Counted from the stretch's first letter, positions 36,360 through 47,698 are shown. The stretch: DNA of 64,000 nt from Candidatus Hadarchaeota archaeon (GCA_964452145.1 CAYVLA010000001.1:63690-127689), one strand, 5' to 3'. Notes: generated from the letters alone by a model not told the origin. Translations and numbers: made by a program.

Positions 36360-37223
36360 TCATGGGGACTGGTACGCCATGAGTGCTCTCTCGGCTTCGA
36401 CCATCATTGTCACGGTGGGCGCCCGGAGCCCAGTCCAGATGCATATGGATTCCGCGGCCTGATATACAAGCATACCCAGTCCCCCTATCGCCTTACAGCC
36501 AGCCTTCTCAGCGTCCCTCAGAAGCTGAGTCCTTGGCGGATTGTATACCAGGTCCATCACTGCAAGATCTCGATGCAGCATGGTGGGCGAAACGATGGAA
36601 CGATCATTCTCGGGATACATCCCGACAGGGGTTGCATTCACCAGGATGTCTGATCGATGCAGCACAGCTTCAAGGCAGGAGCGAGAGAACTCCACACTCC
36701 TGGCTTCCGATTCGGGGACTCCAACGGCAACCTCGGCGGCGAGTTCCCGGGCCCTGGACCCGGTCCTGTTGCAGATCGTCACCCTGCAGCCCTCCAAAGC
36801 CAACCCGAAGGCCACCGCACGGGCCGATCCTCCTGCTCCCACTATGACGGCCGAGAGACCTCTCAGTTCGGTGCCAATGCCCTCTTTAAGTGTCGACACC
36901 GCCGCCCTTGCATCTGTGTTGTAGCCACTGATCTCGTCTCCAAGAGAGAGCACGTTGACTGCCCCGATCAGCCTAGCCAAGTCGTCGCACCTGCTCACGG
37001 CGGTCATCACCGCCGATTTGAAGGGGATTGTAACGTTCAGCCCTCGAATTCCCAGGGCGGCAGCCGAGCGAACGGCATCCGACGCACTGCATCTGATCTG
37101 AAGACATATGTAGATCGCGTCGAGCTCCATTTCATTGTAGGCAGCGTTGTGTATCTGTGGGGATATCGAGTGTGCAATTGGATTGCCAATGAGACCAAAG
37201 ATCATGGTCTTTGAGGTCACCAT
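36360..37223 (-). CDS. aroE: Shikimate dehydrogenase
   Basis: HSISPQIHN, NVTIPFK, GAVN, NTD, GAGGSARA, NRT, DLVYNP and MLVYQA motifs. Confidence 0.95.
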   Translation of the reverse strand: MVTSKTMIFGLIGNPIAHSISPQIHNAAYNEMELDAIYICLQIRCSASDAVRSAAALGIRGLNVTIPFKSAVMTAVSRCDDLARLIGAVNVLSLGDEISGYNTDARAAVSTLKEGIGTELRGLSAVIVGAGGSARAVAFGLALEGCRVTICNRTGSRARELAAEVAVGVPESEARSVEFSRSCLEAVLHRSDILVNATPVGMYPENDRSIVSPTMLHRDLAVMDLVYNPPRTQLLRDAEKAGCKAIGGLGMLVYQAAESICIWTGLRAPTVTMMVEAERALMAYQSP

Positions 37224-37927
37224 CGGACGGCCCCCCGGTCAACCAGGTTGTTCAGGTGGCCATATATTGCTCGCAGCTCCGAGACCGAGATCATGCCGGG
37301 GGCGATTCGGACCGTACCCGCGGGGTAGGCATACGCGAACTCCGAGCCGAAGTACGGCGCTAGGATGCGACCGATCCTGCCCTTGTCGCCCATGGGCACG
37401 ACAACCGTGGGAGAAACGAGCAACGGCAAGGCTAGGAGACGCAAGACATCCTTGGGCGAGTTAACGAACGTCGCGATCTTGCTGACATGTGCTCCCACGG
37501 CTCTGGCACGCCCAAGCACGGACAACAACTCCTGATCGGGAGGAGTTCCATCGAGGTCGTGATGGGAAACCAAGACCTTGGAGCCCTTGTCCGTGATCTC
37601 CCTGACGAGCTGATCCCGAGCTGAGCGAAGCTCCAGATCGATGTAGTCGCAGGTGCCGGCAAGTCCTCTGAGGAGGAACGCCCTCGTCTCTTCACTGCCC
37701 GAGTACCTGCCCCCATCGCAGGGCCTTCTTATGGTCACTATGACGGGGACGCCAAGGCCCCTGCACCAGCGCAGTTCCTCAGCCTCAGGCAGCCTTCGCA
37801 GATGGTCTAGTCTGAGTTCGATGAGATCGGCTCCCTGGGAGATGGCAGAAGATGCCATCGTCCTCAGCCGATCTAGGGAGGGGACCGCAAGGGTGGCGCA
37901 GATTCGTGGATTGGGGTCATCTCTCAA
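37217..37927 (-). CDS. aroD: Type I 3-dehydroquinate dehydratase
   Basis: ELRLD, TIR...DGG, SHHD, KIAT, MG..G...R and APG motifs. Confidence 0.92.
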   Translation of the reverse strand: MRDDPNPRICATLAVPSLDRLRTMASSAISQGADLIELRLDHLRRLPEAEELRWCRGLGVPVIVTIRRPCDGGRYSGSEETRAFLLRGLAGTCDYIDLELRSARDQLVREITDKGSKVLVSHHDLDGTPPDQELLSVLGRARAVGAHVSKIATFVNSPKDVLRLLALPLLVSPTVVVPMGDKGRIGRILAPYFGSEFAYAYPAGTVRIAPGMISVSELRAIYGHLNNLVDRGAVRW

Positions 37928-39035
37928 TTAGCCTCTCCTCTACGGCCATTCCGAAGTGTCTGGCTTGTCCTGACAGGTACGCCAAGATCTCATCCCCGCT
38001 TTTCAACTCCTTGACCGAGATAGGCTTCCCATCTTGTCCAGCAACGCGAATCGTCTCAGCGTCCTGCAAGGCTGCCTTGAAGCTCTGGTCGCCGTGCCTC
38101 AGCTCGACCATCAAGAGCGGCCTTGTCTCGATTTTGACTCTGCCCACGGTCGCCAAACGGACGGATCCATCGATCCTCACAATCAACGCGGGATCTCCGG
38201 CTCGCAGATCACTGAGGTATCGGGTCTTGTTGCCGGCGTCGAGGACGTAACTGTGGATGGCCCCTGCGTTGACTCGAAAGGGCCTTGGAGGCACGTACTC
38301 GCTTGCCTGGGTCTCAGCAAGGACCAGGACCAATCCACTCGCTTGGTTGCCCACAAGCAGTCCCTCGCCGCTTTCCAGTATCGAACATGTGTCGACGCAG
38401 GCACGGTCTCCCATCCCTACGGGGCGAACTGACAAAACCTCGACCTTGCTCATGGACAGGCTTGGAACCTTGGAGTGAACCACGAGAGCAGTGGCGTGCA
38501 CATCGTCAGCCCGGGTGGCCTCAAGCAGGATTCCATCGACGCCCCTCTCGAGAATCCCGAGGGCGAGGACCGCGTCCTCGGGCCCCGAGGCAGTCGCGAA
38601 AACACGGGAGCCTTTGCCCTGAAACGCTGCGACGATGTTCTCCAGCGGGATGACTCTCCAGTCCCGGCAGTGAGCTATGACGACGCCGTAGCTGCCCGCT
38701 ATGTCCATGGCCAGTTCTTGGTCAGGCCCGCTGTTGATCGTCAGAAGTGCGGCGGCAGACGGGGATCCCTTTTCCTTGGAGGGTCTTGTATCGATCTGAA
38801 CCAGACCTTCCTTTCCGGTCGTCTGTCCCTGATCAAACAGACCCAGGGCCTTGGGGCCGATCTGCCTTGCCTTCGCCAGATCCTCGGGCCTCACCACGAC
38901 CAGCTCGACCTTCGCGGCCGCTGCAGCCTCGATGATTGCCTTCCTGGTCCGCCAAGACCGGGGGATGTCCGCCCTAACCCAAAGGGATCTCTCCCTCGGT
39001 TCTGTCGCTCGTCTAATCGAGGAGTCTGAGAGCAT
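37917..39035 (-). CDS. aroB': 3-dehydroquinate synthase II (archaeal AroB')
   Basis: [43 protein letters not shown] and RHFG motifs. Confidence 0.93.
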   Translation of the reverse strand: MLSDSSIRRATEPRERSLWVRADIPRSWRTRKAIIEAAAAAKVELVVVRPEDLAKARQIGPKALGLFDQGQTTGKEGLVQIDTRPSKEKGSPSAAALLTINSGPDQELAMDIAGSYGVVIAHCRDWRVIPLENIVAAFQGKGSRVFATASGPEDAVLALGILERGVDGILLEATRADDVHATALVVHSKVPSLSMSKVEVLSVRPVGMGDRACVDTCSILESGEGLLVGNQASGLVLVLAETQASEYVPPRPFRVNAGAIHSYVLDAGNKTRYLSDLRAGDPALIVRIDGSVRLATVGRVKIETRPLLMVELRHGDQSFKAALQDAETIRVAGQDGKPISVKELKSGDEILAYLSGQARHFGMAVEERLIER

Positions 39036-39810
39036 CCTCTACCTCCCAGTCCTCGTGCACGATCTTGGCTACGGCCCGAACCATTTCGACCTTTCTCTCG
39101 TGCTGGAAGACGTTGCGTCCCGCAGCCACTCCGGCACCGCCCGCAACAATAACCCCCTTCACGGCCGTCAAGAAGTCCTCATCGGTCTTGGTCTTGGGCC
39201 CGCCTGCAGCTATGACCGGCACCGGGCACCCATTAACGACTTCCTTGAACGACTCCGGGCTTCCCGTGTAGTTGGTCTTGACGATATCGGCACCCAGTTC
39301 GGCACCCACCCTCGCCGCGTGTCTCACATACTGCACGTCATTCTGGTCAGCGATCTTCTGCCCCCTGGGATACATCATGGCCAAGAGCGGCATGCCCCAG
39401 TACTGGCATCTCTCCGACACATGGCCAAATGCCCCCAGCATCATGTCCTCATCGGCGGCCCCCACGTTTATGTGGACGGAGACGGCATCAGCCCCTATCC
39501 TAAGAGCCTCCTCAACGGTGGTTACAAGGACCTTTTTGTTCGGGTCAGGGGCGAGGCTGGTGCTCGCTGATAGGTGGATGATCAACCCGATGTCCTTGCC
39601 GTAGCCCCTGTGCCCGGACCGGACCATGCCCTTGTGTTCGACCACAGCGTTGGCACCTCCCTCAGCGGCCAGGTCGACGGTCTCTCTCAGGTCCGCGATG
39701 CCTTCCACCGGGCCCAAAGTGACTCCGTGGTCAAGGGGCACAATCACCGTCCTATGCGTCTGACGGTTCATTATGCGTTCCATCCTTATGGATTTTCCAA
39801 TCAGCGACAT
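39013..39810 (-). CDS. aroA': 2-amino-3,7-dideoxy-D-threo-hept-6-ulosonate synthase (DhnA-type aldolase)
   Basis: [34 protein letters not shown] and GRNVFQ motifs. Directly upstream of aroB'. Confidence 0.92.
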   Translation of the reverse strand: MSLIGKSIRMERIMNRQTHRTVIVPLDHGVTLGPVEGIADLRETVDLAAEGGANAVVEHKGMVRSGHRGYGKDIGLIIHLSASTSLAPDPNKKVLVTTVEEALRIGADAVSVHINVGAADEDMMLGAFGHVSERCQYWGMPLLAMMYPRGQKIADQNDVQYVRHAARVGAELGADIVKTNYTGSPESFKEVVNGCPVPVIAAGGPKTKTDEDFLTAVKGVIVAGGAGVAAGRNVFQHERKVEMVRAVAKIVHEDWEVEDALRLLD

Positions 39811-39852
39811 TTGCGTCACCGAGATAGTGTGATACACAGTAGCATGGATCGA

Positions 39853-39860
39853 TTTATAAA
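39853..39860. promoter_or_regulatory. Palindromic TATA box shared by the divergent shikimate operons
   Basis: TTTATAAA in the 75-bp gap between the aroA' and aroA starts. Confidence 0.6.
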
Positions 39861-39885
39861 TGTTGATGCGCCGACCAAGGGGTTG

Positions 39886-41172
39886 ATGCTGCTCGATCTA
39901 CTGGTGCGCAGATCGACCCTGAGGGGCGAGATCACCGCTCCAGGCTCAAAGAGCGTCACGCACCGGTCATTGATTATTGCGTCATTGGCGGAAGGATCAT
40001 CGAAGCTGAAGGATGCCCTCCTGTGTGCGGACACCAGAAGCACCATATCGGCGCTGAGGAGGTTCGGAATAGAATTCCCCGCGATTGAACGGGGTTGCAT
40101 CGAGGTCAGAGGGCGAGGTGGAAGGCTGGACCCACCAGGGAAGGTTCTGAGCGTCGGCAATTCTGGGACGAGCCTCCGCCTGCTTACGACGGTTGCGGGA
40201 CTCGCCAAGGGAATGACCGTGATAACGGGCGACGAAAGCCTCAGGTCAAGGCCGATGGGTGATCTCCTGGAGGCCCTGTCCCAGATTGGGTTGAGCGTGG
40301 CCGCACTTGGTGGCGACGGCCGGGCGCCCATAAGAGTCCGAGGTACTGGTACGATCCCGGGTGGACGGGCGAGGATTCGGGGCTCGACGAGTTCGCAGTT
40401 TGTGTCTTCCGTCCTTATCCCTTCTCCATACTTCGAGAGGGGTCTGGACCTTGTGATCACCGGCCAGGTCAGGTCAAGGCCGTACATAGAGCTGACGATC
40501 GAGACAATGGAGGAGTTCGGTGTTGGCGTGGAACGAACAGATGAAGGCTTCTCGGTCAGACCGAGACAGACCTACGCCTCTCGCGAATACAAGGTTGACG
40601 GTGACTACTCTTCGGCGGCCTTTGTGATGGCTGCCGCGGCAGTAACTGGATCAACGGTCGAGATCAGAGGTCTCAGGGAGGGCTCCCTACAGGCCGATGA
40701 GGCCTTCCTGCCGATTCTTGGGCAGATGGGCTGCATCGCTCGAAGGAAAGGAGATGTTGTCAGGGTAACAGGAGGGGAATTGAAGGGACTTGACGTCAGC
40801 CTCTCCGATTCCCCCGATCTCCTGCCGGCGGTGTCGGTTCTGGCCTCGGTCGCTTCGGGCCCCAGCACAATACGGAATGTCGAACATGCCAGATACAAAG
40901 AGTCGGATAGGATCGCCGTGATCCACGAAGAGTTCAGAAGGCTCGGCATTCGGGTCAAGGAAACCAAAGACGGTCTGGATTTCCGCGGGGGAGACATGCC
41001 GAATGGTCAAGAAGCCTTCTCCCACGGAGACCATCGGATTGCCATGGCTTTGGTGGTTCTAGGCATGCTGTGCCGTGACCTAGTGGTCAGAGACGGCCGC
41101 TGCATCTCAGTTTCCTACCCGAGCTTCGTCAGAGATCTATCCCATCTTGGGGCTCATCTGGAATGGGTTTGA
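39886..41172 (+). CDS. aroA: 3-phosphoshikimate 1-carboxyvinyltransferase (EPSP synthase)
   Basis: [33 protein letters not shown] and DHRIAMA motifs. Start reset to ATG 39886. Confidence 0.95.
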   Translation: MLLDLLVRRSTLRGEITAPGSKSVTHRSLIIASLAEGSSKLKDALLCADTRSTISALRRFGIEFPAIERGCIEVRGRGGRLDPPGKVLSVGNSGTSLRLLTTVAGLAKGMTVITGDESLRSRPMGDLLEALSQIGLSVAALGGDGRAPIRVRGTGTIPGGRARIRGSTSSQFVSSVLIPSPYFERGLDLVITGQVRSRPYIELTIETMEEFGVGVERTDEGFSVRPRQTYASREYKVDGDYSSAAFVMAAAAVTGSTVEIRGLREGSLQADEAFLPILGQMGCIARRKGDVVRVTGGELKGLDVSLSDSPDLLPAVSVLASVASGPSTIRNVEHARYKESDRIAVIHEEFRRLGIRVKETKDGLDFRGGDMPNGQEAFSHGDHRIAMALVVLGMLCRDLVVRDGRCISVSYPSFVRDLSHLGAHLEWV

Positions 41173-41185
41173 GGTTTGAGCCGCA

Positions 41186-41590
41186 CTATCTGTAGAGGTC
41201 GGGCCTCAGAGCCGACGGGATCACGGTCACGGGGACCGATGACCGCTCCATTACCTCCAGGATGACGTTGCCCTTGATCCATTTCCTAAGGGTTGGCTCG
41301 GCCGTGGCTCCCATGATTATCAGGTCGATGGAGTTCTTCTCAGCGGCGTCGAGGATGCTCTGGACCACTTCGCCCTCGACAAGGCGCGTCTTGACCTTGA
41401 CTCCCGACTTCTTGGCGGCCTCCTCGAAGATCCTGAAGGCCTCCTTCTCCTCCTTCTCGGTGAGCTTGGTTCCCTTCGATCTCACATGTATGACTATCAT
41501 CTCAGCATCTATGTCCTTGCACAGGGCAGCGATGAAATCCGCGCTCCTCGCCGCCGGCGTCGGGCCTGCGGTTGGTGCCAACACCTTCAT
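41186..41590 (-). CDS. Universal stress protein
   Basis: MKVL.PT, IHV, G...QSIL..AE....DLIIMG and V.VTVIP motifs. GGAGGTGG RBS. Confidence 0.88.
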   Translation of the reverse strand: MKVLAPTAGPTPAARSADFIAALCKDIDAEMIVIHVRSKGTKLTEKEEKEAFRIFEEAAKKSGVKVKTRLVEGEVVQSILDAAEKNSIDLIIMGATAEPTLRKWIKGNVILEVMERSSVPVTVIPSALRPDLYR

Positions 41591-41706
41591 ATTATCAGTT
41601 CCACCTCCCTCGGTAAGATATAAAAGTGTCCCCCTCTCCGCGGCGCAGGAATTCCAGTCCATCCGGCTCCAGGCACACGAGGGTCTGGCCCTGGTCGGTT
41701 GATCGC

Positions 41707-42915
41707 TTGATTGTGCAAGGTTCCTCCAAAGTCAAAGCGATGTCCTATGCCATCCGCGAGGTGGTCGAGCATTCCAGAGTCCTAGAAAGGCAGGGCCACA
41801 GCGTCATCAAACTCAACATCGGCGATCCCGTCATGTTCGATTTCAAGACCCCGGATCACATCAACCAGGCTTTCATAGACGCGATAAGGGAAGGACGCTC
41901 GGGATATTCCGATTCGGAAGGCATCCCGGAGCTTAGGCAGGCGGTCTCCAATAAGGAGGCCCGGGACGGAGTCGATGTTCCTCCCGAGGACGTGATCGCC
42001 ACAACCGGGGTCACCGAGGGTTTGGAGATGGTGTTGGCCTCCGCCTTGGACGAGTCCTCGGAGATCCTGGTTCCCGGACCAGCCTATCCAGCATATGTGG
42101 AATACGCCAAGCTCTTCGGATCAAGGCCGATAGCCTACCGCAAGATAGAGGATCAAGGTTGGCGTCCTGACTGCGATGACATAAGACACAAGATCACTTC
42201 CAGGACCAAGGCGATCATCATCTGTTCGCCCAATAACCCTACCGGGGCCGTGTACCGGCGTTCAGACCTTGCCGAGATGACGGATATCGCTGGCGAACAT
42301 GGAATCATGGTGATATCCGACGAGATCTATGACAAAATCACGTTTGATGGCAAGGCAGTTAGTCCCGCCAGTGTGAACAAGGATATCCCGAGCGTGATCC
42401 TGAACGGTCTCTCAAAGGTCTATCTCAGCACCGGGTGGAGGATCGGATATATCGCTTTCAGGGACCCCGACGGGTCCCTGAGGGAGATAAGGGAGGGAGT
42501 CCTCAAGCAGGCCAGGGCCAGATTGTGTGCAAACACCGTTGCCCAGTGCGGGCTTGCGGCTGCCCTGGACGGCCCGGACGATCATATCCGGGTGATGTGC
42601 AGGAAGCTCAGGCCACGCCGGGACCTCGCCGCCAAGAGACTGGGGGAAATGCCGGGTCTGTCGTTATCGATGCCAGAGGGCTCCTTCTACATGTTCCCAA
42701 GGATAGGTGCTCGCCTCGGGATGGGCGACAAGCAGTTCGTGCTGAGCGTACTTGAGAACTGCCATGTGCTCCTCGTCCACGGCTCAGGCTTCCATGAGGA
42801 ATACGGCAAGGATCATTTCAGACTAGTCTTCCTGCCCCCCGAACACATCCTTGATGAGGCTCTGTCGAGAATGGAACGATATCTCAGGACGATCGAGCCT
42901 AGAGGTTGCGCCTGA
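41707..42915 (+). CDS. Class I/II PLP aminotransferase (alanine aminotransferase-like)
   Basis: YAIR, LNIGDP, PNNPTG, SDEIYD and NGLSKVYLSTGWRIG motifs. Confidence 0.9.
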   Translation: MIVQGSSKVKAMSYAIREVVEHSRVLERQGHSVIKLNIGDPVMFDFKTPDHINQAFIDAIREGRSGYSDSEGIPELRQAVSNKEARDGVDVPPEDVIATTGVTEGLEMVLASALDESSEILVPGPAYPAYVEYAKLFGSRPIAYRKIEDQGWRPDCDDIRHKITSRTKAIIICSPNNPTGAVYRRSDLAEMTDIAGEHGIMVISDEIYDKITFDGKAVSPASVNKDIPSVILNGLSKVYLSTGWRIGYIAFRDPDGSLREIREGVLKQARARLCANTVAQCGLAAALDGPDDHIRVMCRKLRPRRDLAAKRLGEMPGLSLSMPEGSFYMFPRIGARLGMGDKQFVLSVLENCHVLLVHGSGFHEEYGKDHFRLVFLPPEHILDEALSRMERYLRTIEPRGCA

Positions 42916-43291
42916 AGTTCTTCATGCTGTTGCCAAGATAGTACCTGACCACGATTCCGAGCGCCTCGTCCCTGGTCTTGACCTCTTTCATGCCTTCCAT
43001 CCACTGGGTGAGGATGTCCAGCTTCTCCTTCACTATCTGAAGAATGCTATCCTTGTAGCTAACGCCCATTTCCATGAGTTCCTTGAACTGGACATACTCC
43101 TTCCCCGACCTGGATTCGATTGAAGCCGTGACGTCTCGGATGATCCTTGCGGCCAGGTCGTAGGCTTCTCGGTGATCCTGAAAGGACAGTTTATACCTGC
43201 CCAGCTTTGCCTCTGCGTCTCTGTCCAACTTGGCAGGTTGAAACTGACTCTCGTCCAAGATCTTGCGGATCTTCGCTATCAAGAGCGTCAC
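42899..43291 (-). CDS. Hypothetical helical protein (~130 aa)
   Basis: Coding-like composition. Start moved to GTG 43291 so the AT-rich promoter gap is non-coding. Confidence 0.6.
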   Translation of the reverse strand: MTLLIAKIRKILDESQFQPAKLDRDAEAKLGRYKLSFQDHREAYDLAARIIRDVTASIESRSGKEYVQFKELMEMGVSYKDSILQIVKEKLDILTQWMEGMKEVKTRDEALGIVVRYYLGNSMKNFRRNL

Positions 43292-43369
43292 GAATCTTCT
43301 TGCCTCAAATTTAAGAATTGGACTTAATAATCTTATCAGAAAGGTCTGAATGGAAGGGAACCCCAATTG

Positions 43370-44050
43370 ATGCCGAAAGACCAAGTGCTCCAGTTCATCG
43401 ATTCGCTCTCGCCCCTCCAATGGAGAACCTGCCTGAGCTACATAATCCTGCCCGCCAGCAGATTGCCCGACGTCATCAGGATCGATCTGACCGCCGCTTT
43501 CCTGAACGAGGGCAGATGCGCAGTCATCGCGTGCTTTGAGGAAGCATTGGAGGAGGTCAGGAACTATGTGGGTCGTCTATGCGACCTGAAGTCCAAGTTC
43601 GAGACGATCCCTAGCTCGGAAGCCACATTGGCCAAGCTCAGAGGCACGATAGAGAGGCAGATAGTCCTCGTTATCAAGGACCTGGATAGCATCTCGGGCG
43701 CCTTCCTGCAGGAGTACCTCTCCCTTAATAGGTACAGAACCTCAGGATCCCTGGGCGTGACCAACGACTATGGCGTCATCGCCTATGGACCGATCCTAAG
43801 GAGGACCCGATACGGGAACCCCGAGGCCGCCACCTACAATAAGCTTGGGCGGGCAATCTTCAAAACGCTTCAGGATCAGAGGAGAGCCTTCGGCTTCCAC
43901 ATAGTGACCCCCGAGATGCTGGCCAAGCAGTCCAAACCGGTTCTGGAACCCGAGTCGCCCTACTCGGATTCGTATCTCGTCACTTCTTTCTTCTCCAGAT
44001 ACAGAGAGAGCTTCATAGTTGATACCGGGATCAAGAGCATATGGAGGTAG
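43370..44050 (+). CDS. Hypothetical protein (~226 aa)
   Basis: Long ORF with coding-like codon usage filling the gap before serA. No recognised motif. Confidence 0.7.
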   Translation: MPKDQVLQFIDSLSPLQWRTCLSYIILPASRLPDVIRIDLTAAFLNEGRCAVIACFEEALEEVRNYVGRLCDLKSKFETIPSSEATLAKLRGTIERQIVLVIKDLDSISGAFLQEYLSLNRYRTSGSLGVTNDYGVIAYGPILRRTRYGNPEAATYNKLGRAIFKTLQDQRRAFGFHIVTPEMLAKQSKPVLEPESPYSDSYLVTSFFSRYRESFIVDTGIKSIWR

Positions 44051-44067
44051 CGCCTGGCCGCCGGGCC

Positions 44068-45636
44068 TCACAGGCCTAAGGCCTCAACCCTCGATATGCC
44101 CTTGATCCTTCTCATCCTGGATGTCAGTTCCCGGGGAACCTCTCGGTCGGTCTGGATTACCATCATTGCCTCCTCCCCGATCCTCTTCCTCGCCAACTGC
44201 ATGGTGGCGATGTTCACGCCCGCTGAGCCCAGCTTGGTCCCGACTATGCCAACCATCCCCGGTATGTCACGATGCTCGGTTATGAGCATGTGCCCCTCGG
44301 GCACGAACTCCAGCCTGTATCCCATGAGTTCCACGATCCTCGGCTTGTCCGAGTCGACGAGGGCGCCTCGGACCGAGCAGATCCCATCATCGGTCTGCAC
44401 TTTCAGCTCCATGCTGCTCAGATAGGAATCCCTCGCCGTGCTGCGGGCGATCTCCGTCTTGATGCCCATCCTTTCGGCGGTGGCCATGACGTTTACCACG
44501 TTGACCTCGTGAAAGGATGACATGATTCCCAAGACCGCGTTCCTCAGAAGGAACCCGCTCTCCTCCAGTTCCCCGGCCTCTCCGAACAGGGAGAGCGCAA
44601 CCCTCCTCGGATTGCTTAGGACGAAAAGCGAGAGAACTCGAACCATCTTCCGTATGAGCTGCAGATAAGGCTGGAGTAGCTCCAGGGTCTTCCGGTCCAT
44701 GTAGGGCATGTTCACGGGGTTCCTGGTTGGTCGTCCGTCAAGAGCGTCCACGACCTCACGTGCTATCAACTCGGCGATCTGGCTCTGCGCCTCCCTTGTT
44801 GAGGCACCAATGTGGGGAGTAAGCACCACGTTGTCAAACCGGGATAGGTCCTTGACGCTACCCTCGTCGAAGACATCAAGTCCGGCACCTGCGATCCTCT
44901 TCCCGGCGATAGCCTCAAGAAGGGCCTCTCCGTCCACGACCTCCGACCTGGAGGTGTTGATCAGAACCGCGCTTGGCTTCATCAGGGCGAACTCTCTGGG
45001 CCCGATGAGTCTCCTAGTCGAATCCGTCAAAGGAAGGTGGAGCGTTATGAAGTCTGATCTCTTCAGCAGATCATCAAGCCCGACAAGCTTGGCGCCAAAC
45101 CGCTCTGCGTACCCAGGGGAAGCGTAAGGGTCTGCAGCCAACAGGTCTAGGCCGAAACCCTTGGCAAGCGCGGCGACCTTTGTCCCAATCCTCCCCAGTC
45201 CCACAATCCCCAGAGTCTTCCCTCCGATCTCGGTCCCTACAAGGTCGTGGTTCCTTGATCCAGCTTGACTGAGGGAGATGTGGGCCTGGATCGCGCGCCT
45301 GCACACCATAAGAAGCAGCAGAAAGGTGAGTTCTGAGACCGCGCTTATGGAGGGATCCGGTGAGTTAACCACGAGAATGCCTCTCTCAGTTGCCGCCGTC
45401 ACATCGATGTTATCGGTGCCGACCCCGGCTCTGGCGATGACCTTCAATCTTGTGCCGCGTGAGATGACCTGGGCATCGACGACTGTTCTCGCTCGAACCA
45501 CGATGGCGTCGAAGCCAGCAATGCGTTCGAGGAGATCGTCTCTGCGTATCATCGGCGCATTCACAACTTCGTGTTTCTCACCCATGATCTCCAGTGCCCT
45601 CTTCTGGAGAGGATCGCAAATGAGGATTCTGGCCAT
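44068..45636 (-). CDS. serA: D-3-phosphoglycerate dehydrogenase (type I with ASB and ACT domains)
   Basis: RAGVGTDNID, GLGRIG, LHLP, LDVF, TPHIGAST and ACT HRDIPGMVG motifs. Confidence 0.93.
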   Translation of the reverse strand: MARILICDPLQKRALEIMGEKHEVVNAPMIRRDDLLERIAGFDAIVVRARTVVDAQVISRGTRLKVIARAGVGTDNIDVTAATERGILVVNSPDPSISAVSELTFLLLLMVCRRAIQAHISLSQAGSRNHDLVGTEIGGKTLGIVGLGRIGTKVAALAKGFGLDLLAADPYASPGYAERFGAKLVGLDDLLKRSDFITLHLPLTDSTRRLIGPREFALMKPSAVLINTSRSEVVDGEALLEAIAGKRIAGAGLDVFDEGSVKDLSRFDNVVLTPHIGASTREAQSQIAELIAREVVDALDGRPTRNPVNMPYMDRKTLELLQPYLQLIRKMVRVLSLFVLSNPRRVALSLFGEAGELEESGFLLRNAVLGIMSSFHEVNVVNVMATAERMGIKTEIARSTARDSYLSSMELKVQTDDGICSVRGALVDSDKPRIVELMGYRLEFVPEGHMLITEHRDIPGMVGIVGTKLGSAGVNIATMQLARKRIGEEAMMVIQTDREVPRELTSRMRRIKGISRVEALGL

Positions 45637-45717
45637 GTTGATCGGCTCTTGGAGAGCGAGGTGAACGGAGGATATATACTGTTTTCCTCAGAGCCTCAGA
45701 GACCCTGCCCGTGTAGG

Positions 45718-46302
45718 CTACGGCCTGGAAACATAGGGATTGCCGGCCAGGTAGAACCTCAGGGGGAGGTTCTTGCCCTTGGAGAGTCCGATCCTGTTGG
45801 TAACGATGATCGGCCCCGGCGGGATACTGCCTTGCGTGATGAAGAGGTCGCCGGTTGTCAGATCCGATCCGTTGTGTCTCTTATCGACTGCAAAGGCATG
45901 GGCCAGTCTCGCCGGTCCTCGCGTCAGGTCCTTTCGATCGCTCAGTCGGCGCCTCTTGGTCATCAGACGGATTCCTCGAAGTGGTTCCACTGACCGTATC
46001 AGAACCGCTCCGGCCTCGCCCGGAGGCTTGGCTACCGCGTTCAAGCAGTAGTGCATGCCGTAGGTGAAGTAGACGTATGCCATCCCGGCTTGGCCAAACA
46101 TCACAGCGTTCCTGGATGTCTTCCTTCCTGAAGCATGGCTGCCAGGATCATCTGAGCCCAGGTAGGCCTCGGTCTCGACCACCATTCCTGAAGTCAGGCC
46201 CTCCTCAGTGACATGTACGAGGTGTTTGCCCAGCAGATCACGAGCTACCTGCCCGGTAGGTCTCTCGTAGAAAGCCCTAGAAAGCCTACCCTCGCTTGGC
46301 AA
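45718..46302 (-). CDS. mpg: 3-methyladenine DNA glycosylase (MPG/AAG family)
   Basis: VETEAY, AYVYFTYGMHYCLN, AVLIR, GPARL and RIG motifs. Confidence 0.92.
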   Translation of the reverse strand: MPSEGRLSRAFYERPTGQVARDLLGKHLVHVTEEGLTSGMVVETEAYLGSDDPGSHASGRKTSRNAVMFGQAGMAYVYFTYGMHYCLNAVAKPPGEAGAVLIRSVEPLRGIRLMTKRRRLSDRKDLTRGPARLAHAFAVDKRHNGSDLTTGDLFITQGSIPPGPIIVTNRIGLSKGKNLPLRFYLAGNPYVSRP

Positions 46303-46722
46303 TCACTCACCCACGAGCTGCAACACCAAAGCTCTTCGTCTCGCCCGGGTATCGAGTTCGACCACAATGATCTGTTGCCAAGTGCCAAGCATGAGTCTTG
46401 AATCTAGAAAGGGGACGGTCAGGCTAGCTCCCAACAGACTGGCCCGAACATGGCTCCTCCCATTGTCATCGCCCCAGGTCTGATGATGGACGTAGTTCGC
46501 GCCCCTGGGAGCGATCCTCTCCAATGCGTCGGGGAGGTCAGAGAGGATGCCTGGCTCGAATTCAGCGGTGATTACCGATGCCGTTGAGCCGGGCACGAAG
46601 ATGGTGACGGTGCCCGACTTCAGGCCGGAACGGCTCACGGCCGATTGTACATCCTCCGTGATGTTGTGCATGTCCAGCTCTCTTCTTGTTTCGATCTGGA
46701 GAGTGCGGGTGATGACAGCCAT
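46303..46722 (-). CDS. yjbQ: YjbQ/UPF0047 family protein
   Basis: GSTAS, EFEPG, Y.H, NGRSH and LGTWQQI..ELD motifs. Confidence 0.92.
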   Translation of the reverse strand: MAVITRTLQIETRRELDMHNITEDVQSAVSRSGLKSGTVTIFVPGSTASVITAEFEPGILSDLPDALERIAPRGANYVHHQTWGDDNGRSHVRASLLGASLTVPFLDSRLMLGTWQQIIVVELDTRARRRALVLQLVGE

Positions 46723-46981
46723 GGAGGATGTGGCGACCTCTTTTTCCGCTAAAATGTTATGTCTCCGTTTCCGATCTGGCCTCGTATGGCAGGGATGCAT
46801 TTATGTATATCCGGATTTTCTATATAGTTCGCAGATCGACCCTCTGTCTCACAACGCCAACCTCCCTAGGATGCGGAATGAGCCGGGCCGCGTTTCCCGC
46901 CTCTGATGATGCACCTCCAGCCCCCCGTTCTGGTCAGGGATCTCCAAAGATTAATAATGGTCGGAACTCAACTTCCGCTCC

Positions 46982-47698
46982 ATGGTCGCTGAGGATGCCC
47001 GAAGGCTTTCCAGGATGATGGCGGGTGAGATCGTCATGTCTACAAGCCTCGCCGAGGTGATCCGGAAATGGCGTGGCATATTCGAGGTCTCGCAGGCAGA
47101 GCTAGCCGGCCGGATGGGAGTATCGCCCTCGGTTGTCAGCGACTACGAGTCCGGCCGAAGGCCTTCTCCCAGGGTGGACACGATACAAAGAATCGTTAAT
47201 GCCCTTCTGGAGATAGATGCTGGCAGAGGCGGTAGGGTCACCAGGTCCCTCAGACAGATGCTTGCCCCCGAAATGCCCGCTGGCGTAGTTCTTGATATGA
47301 GGGAATTCGGATCGCCTGTGAGGGCTGATCGTCTGGTCAAGGGCATAGGAGGAGAGGTGATCGTCGGGGGCAATCTACTGGACAGAAACCTGTTCGGCTA
47401 CACCGTCATAGACAGCGTTCGAGCAATAGTGGAACTCAGGAGGGACGACTACATAAAGCTCTACGGCCTGACCTCGGAGCGAGCACTGGTATTCACCAGA
47501 GTGGCGCTGGGCCGTTCTCCTTTCGTTGCCATAAAGGTCGGCGGCATCAACCCCGGCATCGTGGTTCTGCATGGGGAGGGCCTTCGGGAGGTGGACGATA
47601 TCGGAAAGCGGATTGCGGAGGCTGAAGCCATTCCCCTGGTAATCTCTAGGTTGCCAAGCGTGGCTGAGCTGATAGGGCTCCTGCGCAAGCTGGGATAG
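46982..47698 (+). CDS. Archaeal XRE-family HTH transcriptional regulator (COG1709-like)
   Basis: MAGEIVMS, KWR..F.VSQAELA, SVVSDYESGRR.SP, GYTVIDS, ERALVFT.V..GRSP motifs. Confidence 0.88.
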   Translation: MVAEDARRLSRMMAGEIVMSTSLAEVIRKWRGIFEVSQAELAGRMGVSPSVVSDYESGRRPSPRVDTIQRIVNALLEIDAGRGGRVTRSLRQMLAPEMPAGVVLDMREFGSPVRADRLVKGIGGEVIVGGNLLDRNLFGYTVIDSVRAIVELRRDDYIKLYGLTSERALVFTRVALGRSPFVAIKVGGINPGIVVLHGEGLREVDDIGKRIAEAEAIPLVISRLPSVAELIGLLRKLG

